From Mobula hypostoma (taxonomy: Eukaryota), in contig NC_086097.1 of NCBI RefSeq assembly GCF_963921235.1, forward strand, positions 31,126,001 to 31,190,000: DNA of 64,000 bases, given 5' to 3'. Positions 22,961 through 37,233 of this stretch are shown here, one piece after another. The position numbers were made by a program, and so were the translations under genes. The stretch's first letter is position 1. Every line of letters starts with the position of its first letter. The notes under the pieces were generated by a model. The model had not been told where the DNA came from and searched no databases. It worked only from the letters and a program-made list of their open reading frames with translations.

Positions 22961-24079
22961 CTTAATCTCAATCGCTCCATGACTGTAACTGAACCACACT
23001 TCTCCTTTCCCTCCTTGCCTCCCTCTCACCCCATCTCCCTATCGTTCTGATCACCCCATCCCACCTCTTTGTCATGAGGCAGAAGATACAAAACCCTGAA
23101 ACCACCTATCAGAAGGATCAAGGACAGCTCCCACCTCACCATTACCAGACTCTTGAACGGACTGATAAGATGGACTCTTGGCCTCACAATTTACCCCGGT
23201 ATGATCTTACATCTTTTTGTTTAGATACACTGCATTTTCTCTGTTGCTTTTACACTTATTCTGGGTTCCGCTACTATTTTACCTTCTTCTACCTCGATGC
23301 ACTGTGTAATGATTTGATCTGTATAAATAGTATGCAAGATAAGCTTTTCATTGTACCTCAGTACATGTGACAATAGTTAATCAGTTTACCAAATTACCTC
23401 AGTAAAGCAGCCAATATAAACAAAGGACTGTCCTACAGCGGACATTCCCCTCTCCTAGCGGGCAGATGATACAAAACCTGAAAGCACGTAGCAACAAGCA
23501 CAAGGACAACACTAACCTACTGAAATAAGACTAGAAAAACAATCCCCTAGTCATGTCTCACCTATTCAAGCTTGAGCAATAAGCTCTGCCAAGAAGCATA
23601 CTTAGTGTTTTATAATAAGGGTGATGAGCACTCTTATTTCAGTTATCTTGACATTCTTCATTGTTACAAGATGTGGACAGTACTTGTCAGCAACTGGGAA
23701 AGTAGTGAGGACCAACCTTGGCAATGTGTTTGACTTCAGGCAGTAACATGAGACACACGTTGACTTGTGGTCTCAGTACCACGCTCTTACTTCTTAGTCC
23801 TTCAGCTTGAAAGATTTACCTCCTTTTATGAAGAGGACTGTCTGCTGGTAAATTGGTAAATTGTCAAATGCATTGAGGTATAGTGAAAAACTTGTTTCAT
23901 CAACCATACGCATCATTTCTTTACAACAGTTCATTAAGATATTACATAGAACACCACAGCATAATACAGGTCCTTTGGCCCACAATATTGCGTTGACCCT
24001 TTAACTTACTCTAAGATCAATCTAACCCTTTCCTGGTACATAGGTCTCCATTTTCTTTCCTTCATGTGTCTAACTAAGT

Positions 24080-24478
24080 TTCTGGGGTTTAGAAGAATGA
24101 GGGGGGATCTCACTGAAACCCGTCAAATATTGAAAGACCTAGATACAGTAGACTTCTCCAATAGTGGGGGAGTCTATGACCGGAGGACACAGCTTCAGAA
24201 TACAAGGTTGTCCCTTTAGAACAAAGCTGATGGGGAATTTCTTTAGACAGAGGGTGCTGAGTCTGTGGAATTCACTGCCACAGACGTCTATGGGGGCAAG
24301 TCATGTATATTTAAAGTGGAGGTTGACAGGTTCTTAATTAGTAAGGGTGTCAAAGGTGATGGGGAGAAGGCAGGAGAATGGAATAGAGATGGATAATAAA
24401 TCACTCATGATAGAATGGTGGAACAGATTCAATGGGATGAATGTCCTAATTCTGCTCCTATGTCTTATGGTCTTATGG
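24080..24478 (+). mobile_element. CR1 3' end
   Basis: TTTAGAAGAATGAGGGGGGATCTC...CCTATGTCTTATGGTCTTATGG. Confidence 0.8.
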
Positions 24479-25209
24479 AAATAGACAGGTTGTGTAGCAG
24501 CTACGCTGGAGACTTTCATCCACAGAACATTATCAAGTATCACCATAAGCATGTCGAAATTTTGATTACAGTTAAAATTTTATTTATGACCTGTAAATGG
24601 AACAGAGTCATCACTAAGAGAGGTCACAGAGTTTTCAGAAAAGTACAAGTAGTTCTCAGACAGAAACATGTCACCTTAAACCAGTCCAGCCCTGCACTGA
24701 GGTGATTTAAGTGCTGTTTGACATAACTTAGATGAATCAGAAGCAAATTTATTCCCACTGACGTACAGTACATGTCCTTTACTCATTACTACCACCCAGG
24801 AGGAGGTACAGGAGCCTTAAGACCTGCACTCAATGATTTAGAAACAGATTCTTTCCCTCTGCAACCAGATTTCGGAAAGGTTCATGAACCCATGAACATT
24901 TCCTCGTTATTCTTTTTGTTGTTTTGCAGCAGCAGTGCAGTGCAATGCAAAGACATAAAATTACTATAATTACCAAAATAAATTAGTAGTGCTAAAAGAG
25001 AAATAATGAGGTGGTGTTCTTGGGTTCATGGGCCATTTGGAAAAATTTCTGTGGAGTGAAGGAGCTGTTCCTAAAACGATAAATGTGTGTCTGTACCTCC
25101 TTCCTGATGGTAGAAATGAGAAGAGGACATTGTCTGGGATGGTAAAGGTCCTTAATAATGGATGCTGGCTTCTTGTGGCACTGCCTTTTGAGCAATCCTT
25201 GGTGGTGCG

Positions 25210-26000
25210 AAGGATTGTGTCAGAGGTTACAGCGGGACAACGAGAGGATACAAAACTGGGCTGAAAAGTGGCAGAGTTCAACCCAGATAAGTGTGAGGTG
25301 GTTCATTTTGGTAGGTCAAATATGATGGCAGAATATAGTATTAATGGTAAGACTCTTGGCAGTGTGGAGGATCAGAGGGATCTTGGGGTTCGAGTCCATA
25401 GGACGCTCAAAGCTGCTGCGCAGGTTGACTCTGTGGTTGGGAAGGCATACGGTACATTGGCTTCATCAATCATGGGATTGAGCTCAAGAGCCAAGAGGTA
25501 ATGTTGTAGATATATAGGACCCTGGTCAGACCCCACTTGGAGTACTCTATCAGTTCTAGTCACCTCACTACAGGAAGGATGTGGAAACCATAGAAAGGGT
25601 GCAGAGGAGATTTACAAGGATGTTACCTGGATTGGGGAGCATGTCTTATGAAAACAGGTTGAGTGAACTTGGCCTTTTCTCCTTGGAGCGACGGAGGATG
25701 AGAGGTGACCTGATAGAGGTGTATAAAATGATGAGAGGCATTGATCGTGTAGATAGCCAGAGGCTTTTTCCCAGGGCTGAAATGGCTAGCACGAGAGACC
25801 ACAGTTTTAAGGTGCTTGGATGTAGGTAAAGAGGAGATGTCAGGGGTAAGTATTTTTTTTTACGCAGAGAGTAGTGAGTGCATGAAATGGGCTGCCGGCA
25901 ACAGTGGTGGAGGCGGATATGATACAGTCTTTTAAGGGACTCTTGGACAGGTACATGGAGCTTAGAAAAATAGAGAGGTATGGGTAAACCTGGGTAATTT
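25210..26000 (+). mobile_element. CR1 3' fragment
   Basis: EFNPDKCEVVHFGRSN and ERVQRRFTRMLPGL motifs. Confidence 0.9.
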
Positions 26001-26744
26001 CATGTTGTATTGTGTTGTAGGTTTTCTATGTTTTTATGATTGTGTTCTTGGTATCATTTTGTACAATTTATGTTCATGGTTTTTCTGCGAATGCTGCTGA
26101 TCTGATGCTATGTGACTGAGGCTGCTGCAGGTATGTTTTTCATTGGATCTGTGGATATATGTACTTGCGCGTATGACAATAAACTCAACTTTGACTTGAT
26201 TTCAACCGAACTATACAGGATGGTTGTAAAATCCCATTTGTTCACCATTGTCCCAGCGAGAGAAAATCTACCACCCTTACCGATTCTGGCCTACACATGA
26301 CTCCAAACCCACAGCTGTGCTCAACAAAATGTGTACCCACAGTGCATTCTTAGGTGTGTTAGCTGTTAACGCAAACAACGCAATTCATTGTATGTTTCAA
26401 TGTATATGTGATAAACAAATCTGAATTTCCTAATCCCCCTCTGCAAACAGCCAGACAAGCTGAGCCCAGCAGAAAATAAACAAGTCACACAATGCATCGG
26501 TATTAAAAGGCAATGCATCATGTTGTCAGAAGGGGAACTGCGATCAAACACAAATTCTTCCGCCTCATGTATATTTGACAAGTTTTAACCAGCTGAGGTT
26601 TTCCATAGGGGCCTATTAAAAATGGCATACTTCATAAACCCTCCCCTATATGAACAGAAGATAAAAAGGATTTCCTAAATAAACTGGAGACTACTTAAAA
26701 GAAAAATATTGACTAGTGCTGCAAAGCTTTAAGAATTGTCCACA

Positions 26745-28082
26745 AGGATTAGAGAGCATGTCTTATGAGGAAAAGATGAGTGAGCTAGGGCCCTTCTCTT
26801 TAGAGAGAAGGAGGATGAGAGGTGACTTGATAGACGTGTATGAGGTGATCAGATGCGCAGATAGAGAAGACAGGCAGCACCTTTTTCTCAGGGATGAAAT
26901 GGCCAATATGAAGGGGCATAATTCTAAGGTGACTGGAGGAAATTATGGAGGAACATCACAAGTGTTTTTTTTAATACAGAGAGTGGTGAGTGTGTGGAAT
27001 GTGCTGCCAAGGCTAGTGGTAGAGGTGGATGGATTAGGGATACTTAAGAGACTCTTAGGCACATAAATGAAAGAAAAATTAGGGCTATGTGGGAGGGAGG
27101 AGTTGGACTCATCTCACAGTAGGTTAAAAGGTCGGCCCAACATCGTAGGCTGAAGGGCCTGCACTGTGCTGTAGTGCTCTATGTTCTGAGGAGAAGGCAT
27201 CCACTCTACAGGGCAGTGGACACTTTCATTTTACAAAGCATCTAGATGCACATGAGAAATAGGTGTTGAGTATCTCCCTGGCTCAAACAGGGTCAATATA
27301 TTTTTATTATGAAGAAAGAAATGGAAGGATTTATATTTTGATAGTGCCATTTGAAGCCCTCTAGGTGATCAGACAATGAATACTTTCTCAATGTGTTCAT
27401 CATTTCGAAGTACTCCATGATCCTACAGATGTAGTATGATTGTTGACGCAATGTTAGCATTCATTTCGAGAGGACTAGAAGATAAAAGCAAGGATGTAAT
27501 GTTGATGCTTTATCAGGCAATGGTCAGATCCCATTTGGCGTTCTGTGAGAAATCTTGGTCTCCTTATCGAAGAACGGCTGTGCTGGCACTGGAGTGGGTC
27601 CAGGAGGTTCCCGAGAATGATTCCAGGAATGAAAGGGTTAATGTATGAGGAGCGTTTAATGGCTCTGGGCCTGTACCCATTCAAGTCTAAAAAGACTGAA
27701 GGTGGAGCTAATTGAATCCTACCAAATATTTTAAGGCCTAGACAGAGTGGATGTAGAGAAGATGCTTCTAATAATGGGGCAGTCTAGGACCAGAAGGCAC
27801 AGACTTAGAATAGAAGGATGTCCATTTAGAACAGAGATGAGGACGAATTTCTTTGCCAGAGAGTAATGAATTGGTGGAACTCATTGTAACAGACGACTAT
27901 GGAGGCCTAGTCACTGGATACACTTAAAGAGGACTTTGATAGGTCTTGATTAATAAGGATGTCAAAGGTTATGGGGAGAAGGCAGGAGAATGGGGTTGAG
28001 AGGGAAAATAAATCAGCATGATGGAATGGTGGAGCAGACTCAAAGGGCTGAATGGCCTAATTCTGTTCCTATGTCTTATGGT
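26745..28082 (+). mobile_element. Two CR1 3' fragments (26745-27188 and 27447-28082)
   Basis: LESMSYEE..RRRMRGDLI and MLAFISRGLE motifs, each followed by a CR1 3' UTR. Confidence 0.8.
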
Positions 28083-29125
28083 GTAATCAGATGCTCCAGG
28101 AATGTTAGGTGTGCAATCACTGTAAAACAGAGAGAACAACCATGTTTTAATTTAAGTAGATTTAATAATAGCTGGGTGACTAGTTATAAGGGGCTCATCA
28201 TTTTATTTAGAGGTACGGCATGGTAACAGACCCATCTGGCCGAATGAGCCCAGACCACCCAAGTACACCCATGTAACCAATTAACCTACTAACCCATACG
28301 TCTTTGGAATGTGGGAGGAAACTGGAGCACCCTAAGGAAACCTACACAATCGGGAAGAATGTAGGAACACACTCAGCTCACAGAACTGAACCTGGGTCAA
28401 AGGTGTTATAATAGCATAATGCTAACCACGATGCTATAGTGCTGCCCCATTTAAAATAGAGGTATACAGAAATCCCTTTACACAGAGAATGGTAAATCCC
28501 TGGACATGTCTGCCCCAGCAGGCTGTGGAGACTGGATCATTTGCAGTACTTAAGATGGAGCTGGATAAATTTTAAATGGATTAGGAAATTAAGGGCTATG
28601 GATCCGGCACAAGAGAAGAGTTGAGGCCAGCATAAATCAGCCACAATCTCTTTGAAGAGTGGGTTCAGGATTGAGGGACCGAGTGGCTTACTCTTGTTCT
28701 TACTGCAGTGATGTGTGGAGTTCTGGTCACCTACCTACAAGAAAGATATCAATAAGATTGGAAGAGTACAGAGAAAATTTACAAGGACGTTGTCAGCACT
28801 TGAGTACCTGAGTTATAGGGAAAGGTGGAGCAGGTTAGGACTTCATTCCCTGGAGTATAGGAGAATGAGGGGAGATTTGGTAGAGATATACAAAATTATG
28901 TGGTGTATAGATAGGGCAAATGCAAGCAGACGTGTTCCACTTGGGTTGAATAAAACTTAAACTAGAGGTCAAAGGTTAAGAGTGAAAGGTAAAATGTTCA
29001 AGGGGAACATGAGGGGGAACATTTTCAAAGAGGGTGGTCCGAGTGTGAAACAAGCTCCCAGTGGAAATGGTGGGTGCAGGTTCTTTTTCAACATTTTGGA
29101 GAAGCTTGGATATGTGCATGTAAGG

Positions 29126-31767
29126 TGTTGTGTATTTAATATTTCAGTAGTATTTGAGTAATGTTGTAAATATTGTTTCATTAAGCACTCTTCATTGCTT
29201 ACGTAATTCATTATGGGTTATATGTAAAAGTATGTGAATGACGTACGTCATTACGCCACCATGTCATAAGTGTGAGCCTCACGAAAGTAAGAACGATGTA
29301 GACACGTTATACCCAGCTTTTTTTCTTTCAATTAGTTTTATGCTTTGGAGTTACAAAACATAACAGTGGTGATGAAGCAGCTTTAATATGAACCCAAGAC
29401 AACTACTTACCTGTTGGAGTGCAGCATGTTTTTTCTTTGAAAGTGAACAAAGATGTTCAAGTTAAAAAAAAAGAGCAGCGAGATGTTTGAGTTTTAAAAA
29501 AAGCAAAGCATGATTTTTTCTACAGAAGTGGGAGAAAGGTAGTTGAGTTAAAATAATGCTCGAAAACGGACAAAATTCACAGGTTTATAAAAAAGTGAGC
29601 ACCAGCTGATAATAATCATAAATTTAATAAAAAGCAAATATGGCTGGCTATATCAGAAAGATAAGTGCGTTCAATTGCACAAAAGATAACTGGATGTTGT
29701 ATACTGAATGAATTGAGCAGTATTTTGAAACAAATGAAATAACCAATGAAGTGCCAGTTTTGCTGAGTGCAATTAGTGGAAGTGCATATGGTTTGCTTAG
29801 AAGTTTGATTGCTCCAACCAAACCAGCTGAAATGAGCTCTGCTAATATCATGAATGTAATGCAGGAACATTTAGAGCCAAAACCATTGTTGATTGCAGAA
29901 TGCTTTAGGTTTCATAAGCAGAATCAAAAGGAAGGGGAGTCCATTCCAGTGTACATAGCTAAAATGAAGAGATGGTCTGAGCATTGTCAGTTGAATGATG
30001 GGCTTAATGATGCACTGAGAAATCATCGAGCCTGTGGAATCTCACAAGAAAGCATTCAAAAACGGCTCCTAACTGAGGAACAGCTCATGTTTAAAACAGC
30101 AGATGAAATTGCTATATCAATGCAATCTACAACCAGAGACGCAATTGAGTTGCAGTCAGGAATGAAAGCAAATGTCAACAGAATTACAGTGTCTAAGCAG
30201 AAACCACCACCAGGATGAAACTGCCCTTGACAGAGGTTCCTTATGTGCTGTTGTACCATCCAAGTTGAGAGGTGAACTGCTGGAGGCGCTACATGATGAT
30301 AATCTAGAGTGGGGTCAAAATGAAAAGCATTGGCTAGAACTTTGTCTGGTGGCCTGGGATAGATGAGCAGATCACATACACTGTTTGGGATGCCGACATG
30401 TTCAGAAGATATCAAGGGCAGTGCCTCTCCATCCCTCAGAATGACCTGCATTGCCTTGGCAGAGGATTCATGTAGATTTTGCTGGACCTTTCATGGGTAT
30501 CCATTTTCAGTAGTAATGGATGCAGTACAAAGTGGCCAGAAGTGTTCCCAATAGCCTCCACTATAGCCTTGCACACTGTGGTGTATTGAGAGGCCTCTTC
30601 TCAAGGACTGGTGTTTCAGAACACTTTGTCAGTGACAATGGACCACAGTTTGTAGCAGAACAATTTCAATCATTCCTGAAAATGAATGGAATAAGACATA
30701 TTGCATCTGCACTGTACCACACAGCTACAAATGGCTTGGCAGAATGGTTTGTTCAGAGTCTAAAGAAAGCACTGTGAGCAAAATCAGCAGAACACACTAC
30801 ACTGACGCCGAATTAGAAGCTTGCCAATTTGCTCCTTGCATATTGCAGTACAGTACACTCCACAACCAACAACTCACCAGCTATGCTGTTCCAGGGTCAT
30901 CCCTTATGCTCATATTTGGATCTCCTCAAACCCAGTCTCAGAAGGAGTATGTAGGACAAACAGCTGGGACAAATTAAGGGCTCCTCAAACAAGGAGGTTT
31001 GATGTTTCACTCCTGGACAAGCTGTCCGGGCAAGGGACTACAGATGTGATCAAAAGTCTGTACTTGGAAAGATTACAGACCGACTGGACCACACTCCTAC
31101 ACGGTGTAGATTGTGTCTGATGTCATCTGGAGATGACGCATCGAGCATTCAAGGACAGCAGGGTCAATTGTTAAGAGAAGAAAGATATTCAGAACTGTCA
31201 GAACCACTTCCCACATTCCCAGAGTCAACTCCTACCACAACCACAGATAAGGTCCCAGAACCTTAGACTATTTCACAGCCACAAGTCTCACCTGCCAAGC
31301 AGAGTGATTCCTCCCTCCCCCAGGTCAGGAAAAGCATTATCCCACAAGAGTAAGAAATCCTCCACAGCAATTAAATCTTTAGGCTGAATGGAACAATTTA
31401 AAATTTACTATGCTATGGATGTTTATACAGTAGTTGCATTATACCATATACTGAATGTGTGTGTGTATACAGTATATATATCTATCTCTACAAGTTGAGA
31501 TGCATTCTATATTGAGTTGGAGTATATAACCAAGCAGGGAGGAGTGTTTGTATTTAATACTTCAGTAATATTGTAAATATATTATTTGATTAAGCATTCT
31601 TTGTTGTTTACATAATTCATTACGGGTTATATGTAAAAGTACTCGAATGGCTTATGTCATTACGCTACCACGTGATAAGTGTGCGCCTCACTAAAGTAAG
31701 AACAAAGTAGACACGTTATTCCCAGCTCCATGTTTATCTTTTGATTACTTTTATGTCTTGGAGTACA
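29126..31767 (+). mobile_element. Gypsy LTR retrotransposon, internally deleted (gag and integrase only), nested in a CR1 3' end
   Basis: LTRs at 29126-29365 (TG..CA) and 31545-about 31767; PBS-like GTGGTGATGA; polypurine tract AAGCAGGGAGGAG; gag-like ORF 29751-30218; integrase VSDNGPQF..YHTATNGLAE; CR1 begins at about 28710 and resumes at about 31768. Confidence 0.9.
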
Positions 31768-31909
31768 GAGGGCCACGATCCAAGTGCCGTTTGATAGGCA
31801 GAATATAAACTTTGGTTTGGACTAGATGGGCCAAAGGTCCTGTTTCTGTGTTGTAGGGCTCTATGAATCTACTATGGACTTCAACACCTTCTGCAACGTC
31901 CAAGTGAGA

Positions 31910-32205
31910 CGGCACAGTAGTGTAGCAGTTAACACAACATTTACAGTGCCAGAAATCACTGATGAGGGCTCAATTCCACCGCTGTCTGAAAGGAGTTTGT
32001 ATATTCTCCCTGTGACCATGTAGGTTTCCTCCAGTACTCCAGTTTCCTCCCATATTCCAAAGATGTACAAGTTAGAGTTAGTAAGTTGTGGGCATGCTGT
32101 TTTGGCACTGGAAGCATGCAACACTTGTAGGCTGCCACAGCACATCCTCAGACTGACGCATTTCACTGTATGTTTTAATGCACATGACAAATAAAGCCAA
32201 TCTTT
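31910..32205 (+). mobile_element. V-domain tRNA-SINE, near full length
   Basis: GGCACAGTAGTGTAGCAGTTAACAC head, GGGCTCAATTCC B box, V core and 3' tail; followed by a Penelope fragment at 32210-32420. Confidence 0.8.
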
Positions 32206-32579
32206 AGAGTAACGCACACAAAATCCTGGAGGAACTTAGTAGGTCAGGCAGTATCTATGGAGGGAAATAAACAGTCAACGTTTTGGGATCCTTCATCAAA
32301 ACTGGAATGGAAAAGGACAGAAGCCAGTGTCAGAAGGTGGGGGTGGGGAAGGAGTTCTAGCTGGCAGATCCTACAGTAGAAGAGACCAGGTGAGGGGAAA
32401 AGTAAAGTGGTTGGGGGAATATCTTTAAATCTTTATCTTTAAAAAAATTCAATGGCCAGTATGTCAACTTTGCTTTGATCTACATTAAAATATTTATATA
32501 TGTCATGCAAAGGAAGAAAATCAAGCAGAAAGTCAAATACCATACAGATCTGTGGTGAGCAGGTTCAAATGGTGAAATA

Positions 32580-32581
<2 letters not shown>

Positions 32582-32617
<36 letters not shown>
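32582..32617. repeat. (TG)n microsatellite
   Basis: Direct reading; other (CA)n tracts at about 1237-1254 and 57247-57279. Confidence 0.95.
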
Positions 32618-32618
<1 letters not shown>

Positions 32619-32944
32619 ATGAGAGACAAGTGCTGACCCTTCATGGCAAGTTCGTGCAAGCTCACGGACCATCCAGCTCCACACCCAAAGGTGAGCCAAG
32701 AGAGTAATTGTCATCTATTTAGTTGCCTGGAAATGAATCATATTTGGGTCCAACCTCTCCAAGTACACAGGTTCAAGAGTTGTCACTGTTTAATGATCAG
32801 ACTCAAGGAAACTGGATTAATTTCCAACCAACCACCCACACAAGGTCATGTTGATCTTCCTAATCTGTCTGTTTACCACAATGGACAACATAGTTACCAC
32901 TTTCACGGCCACTGAACTGAAAGGATTCTCGGCCCACTTGCAAA

Positions 32945-33482
32945 ATTCTAATTTATTATCAAAGTATGTATATGTCACCATTCAATTTTCTTGAGGGCAT
33001 TCACACTAGAAAGAAATACAATGGAATCAATGAAAAACTGTACACAAAGACCAACAAACAACAAATCTGCATAAGAAGACAAACAGCGCGGATACAAATA
33101 ATAATAATAATTAATAAATAAATAATATTGAGAACATATATTGTAGAGTCTTTGAAAGTGGGTCCATGGGTTGTGGAGACAGTTCAGAGTCGAGGTGAGC
33201 AAAGTTATCCATGCTAGTTCAAGAGCCTGATGGCTGTAGGGTAATAACTGTTCCTGAACCTGGTGCCGTGGGACCTAAGGCTCCTGTACCTCCTTCCCAA
33301 TGACAGCAGTGAGAAGAGAGCACGGCCTGGATGGTGGGGGGATGGGGGAGGGTGTCCTTGATGATGGATGTTACTTTCTTATGGCAGAGCTCCATGTAGA
33401 TGTGCTCAATGGTGGACAGGGCTTTTCCTGCAATGAACTGGCTGAACTCACTACTTTTTGTAGGCTTTTCCATTCTTGGAGA
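32945..33482 (-). mobile_element. Rex1/Babar-like LINE 3' fragment
   Basis: LSTIEHIYMELCHKKVTSIIKD motif; tail shared with 16478-17911. Confidence 0.75.
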
Positions 33483-35146
33483 CATTCTCAATGTAAAAGA
33501 ATTTAACCTGCTCTAGTATTCTCTCTTTTCTGCCAGTGGGCAGTAGACACAAAAGCCTGAAAGCACATACCACCAGGTTCAAGGACAGCTTCTAACCTGC
33601 TGTTATAAGACTATTGAACAGTTTCCTAGTACAATAAGATAATTCAGATTCAGATTAATTTATTTATCACATGTACATCAAAACATATAGTGAAATGTGT
33701 TATTTGTGTTAACAACCAACAGAACCTAATGATGTGCTGGGGGCAGCCCACGAGCGTCGCCACACATTCCGGTGCCAAGGTAGCATGCCCACAATGTCAC
33801 TCGATGGACACTTGACCTCACAATCAACCTTGTTGTGTTCATCGTGTTGCCCCCCGGCACTGCACTTCCTCTGTTAACTATAAAACTTTATACTGCATTG
33901 TATTATTGTTTTACCTTGTATTACCTCAACACACTGCTGTAATGAATTAATCTGTATGGATGATATGCAAGACAAGTTTTTCACTCTACGCTGGTACACA
34001 TGAGAATAATAAACCAATTTACTGATTTGAAATTTAAAAATATATCACTCTTGAGTGTATAAAGAAACACAAGTCTATCGTTCTTTATCTGATGTGCGGA
34101 AGTACAGTGAAAAGTCTTTGTGTGCCATCCAGATGATTCCTTACGTAAGTACATTGAAGCAATAAAAACAGAACAATGAAATAGTGTTGCAGTTACAGAG
34201 AAAACGGAGCAGAAGACACATAAAGTGCAAGGATTTCATAGATTGAAGATCAAGAGTCCATCCTTCAGACTATGGGTTGTTTTCACCTGACAGTTTACCT
34301 GCACTGCACTTTCTCAGGAACTGAAACACTTTATTCTGCACTCTGTCATTGTTTTAACTTGTACTACTTCAAAGTACTAAATTGATTCTGCGTGGACGAT
34401 ATACAAGACAAGCTTCTCCCTGTACCTTGGTACATGTGAAATGATAAACGAATTTACACTGCCCCCACATTGCCTGACGAGGGTGATACATGCAGAGTTG
34501 CTTCAAATTACCCAACCAGTACAAACCATGCAGTTGTTTCCACGTGAGACACTCGATGATTCTGAGTAATTTTATACTGATGTACCACAGAAAGCATTCA
34601 ATCCAAATGCATCACAGCTTGGTACAGAAACTGCTCTGCAGAGAATTGTGAGCACAGCTCAGTCCAAAAGGGAAAACCAGCCTCCCCACCATTCCATCCA
34701 CACCTCCTGCTGCCTTGGGAAAGTTACCTATTTAATAAGGGACCTCTTTCACCCCGGTCTTTCTCTCTTCTCCCTGCTCCTGTCAGGCATAAGTTACAAA
34801 AGCTTGAGAGTACATATCACTGACAGCTTCTACCGCACTGTTACCAGACCCTTGAATAGACCTCTCATATGCCGCAAGATAAACGGTCCATCTCCCAACC
34901 TATGTTGCCAAGGCCCTTTCCCTTTCTTTGTCTAGCTGCACTGCACTTTCTCAGTAACAGCAACTCTATATTCTGTTTTCTTTTCACTACCTCAGTACAA
35001 TTATGTATGGTATGATCTGCCTGGGTGGCATGCAAAACAAAAGTTGTTCATTGTATGTCAGTACACGTGACATTTCTAAACCATTTACCAAAACTGAGAC
35101 AGAACGTGAGAGCACTCGAGCACAATTACCAAGGGTGAAATACCCT

Positions 35147-35345
35147 CTGTGTGTGTGCTTATGTGTGTGTTGCATGTGTGTCCACTTGAGCATGTTTGTT
35201 GAATATGTGTCTGTGTATGTATACATGTATGTGTCTGTCTAGGGGCATACACACTTATGTGCCTGAAAATGTGCGTTTGTATGTGTCTGTGTCTCTGTGT
35301 GTGCGGCTGCGTGTCTATGTATGTGTCGCACGTGTGCGTATCTAC
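35147..35345. repeat. Degenerate (TG)n tract
   Basis: About 200 bp of interrupted TG/TA repeats. Confidence 0.85.
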
Positions 35346-35460
35346 TGTAGACATTGGCCAGAAAAAAAACAGGAGATTGTATAAGCTGTCAAGTGCTGAA
35401 ATATACTCCCCAGACAGAGTCAGCAGCAAAAGGAAGAAACAAATCGTGCATTTGCATTCA

Positions 35461-35571
<111 letters not shown>

Positions 35572-36235
35572 TCAGAACTCATTCCCCAAAGAAACAAGGC
35601 AAGAGAACACACCATCAAGATGACAGACACAGAAAACACAGTCACAAATACCAACACAAAGACCTGAGGAGAAGCAGAAGCAGGTGACTTAGTTGTTTAC
35701 TTCACATAGCCTGTACTTCATCCACTTTCCTGCCAATTCCCAATTCCCCTGGTCCAAAATTCATTAATCTTAGATTTGATATTTTGAATAAGTGGCTGTG
35801 CATAGCTCTCTGAGGTAAAGAATTTCAAGGAATCATAACTTTTTAAATAGAGAAACCTCCTTATCTCAGATCAAAATGATTGACCATTAATCCTGAGACT
35901 ATACTCTTTGGTTTCAGCCTGTCAGCGCCAACCCTGCCAGTACTTCCCAGAGATTTATGTTTATCTGTGAGATCACCTCTCATTTTCTTAGGATATGGGC
36001 CAGCTTAGGCCTCTTCCTCTTACTCATCCTCAATCTCATTATTCCAGAAGTTAATCCAATCGGTTGTTTCTGCCCTGACTCCAAGGCAAATATCCCTTTC
36101 TTTAGTGTGGAGAGTCAAACTTGAGTTTATTGTCATATGCACAGGTGCAATAAAAAGCTCACTTAAAGCAGTATCACAGGCACATACTGTTGTGCCTGTG
36201 ATGTTGCTGCAAGGTTGCATAGTGATTGCACAAGA

Positions 36236-36525
36236 CAGCACAGTTGCATTGCGGCTAGCATAACGCTTTACGACACCAGCAATCGGGGTATAATTCCCGC
36301 TACTGACTTTAAGGAGTTTGTACATTCTCTCCATGGCCATGTGGGTTTCCTCTGGGTGCTCCAGTTCCTCCCACATTCTAAAGCTGTACAGGTCTGGGCT
36401 AGTGAGTTGTGGGCATGCTATGTTGGTGCCGGGAGCATGGTGACACTTACAGGCTGCCCCAAGCACATCCTCAGACTGTGTTAGTTGTTGACGCAAACAG
36501 CGCATTTCAATGTATGTGGCGAATA
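36236..36525 (+). mobile_element. V-domain tRNA-SINE
   Basis: GTGGGTTTCCTCTGGGTGCTCCAGTTCCTCCCACATTCTAAAG core. Confidence 0.8.
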
Positions 36526-37233
36526 ACGCTAGTCCTAATCCGCATACAAGATCCTGAGGATACCAGGCAGGGTAGCATCTCAGCGAAGGCTTGGGATATA
36601 AACGCTGGCCCTGATGACCATGAAAATGAAACAACGTTCAGACCCAGTCAGACACCATCACTGCAGTTGTGTACACCAGACACTGCTAGTCAAACAGCTG
36701 CATGGAAGCATCAAATAACCTGCTGGAGGAACTCAGCGAATGAAGGAGCGTCTGTGGGAGGAAAGAATCTGTCAATGTTTCAGGTCGAAACCCTACAGCA
36801 GGATAGGATGGACATGGAAACAAGCTTGGTTTGTGGGGGGAAATATCTTCATCCTGTATTGCACACACAAAGTATTGAAAGCATCCTAAGGTGTTTTTTT
36901 TAAGAGTTCTACCACATTAGAAAGACTAATACTGAGCTAAGAACAGTAGAGAAAATTTGAAAGTTTGTTTGAAGAGGGTGGCCATTGATGCAGCCATTCT
37001 GAAAAAAGATAGCAGAAAAAAAGGAACGTGACAGAGCTGGGGTAGAGAGGAGACAGAATCCTTAACGACATCAGCAATCAGGGACAGGAGGGATAGGTGA
37101 TGAGCAGTTTGAAACAGTATACTACATTGATAAAGAAACTAAATTATGGCTTAATTTAGATACAAGGTGTGTGCCCACCAGACAATCTGCATGACAGGAT
37201 GGCACAGTAGCATAGTGGTTAATGTAATGTGTT

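Noticed and set aside
36020..36634. 204-aa minus-strand ORF
   Set aside because: Mostly the antisense reading of a V-SINE and LINE tail; no protein motif.
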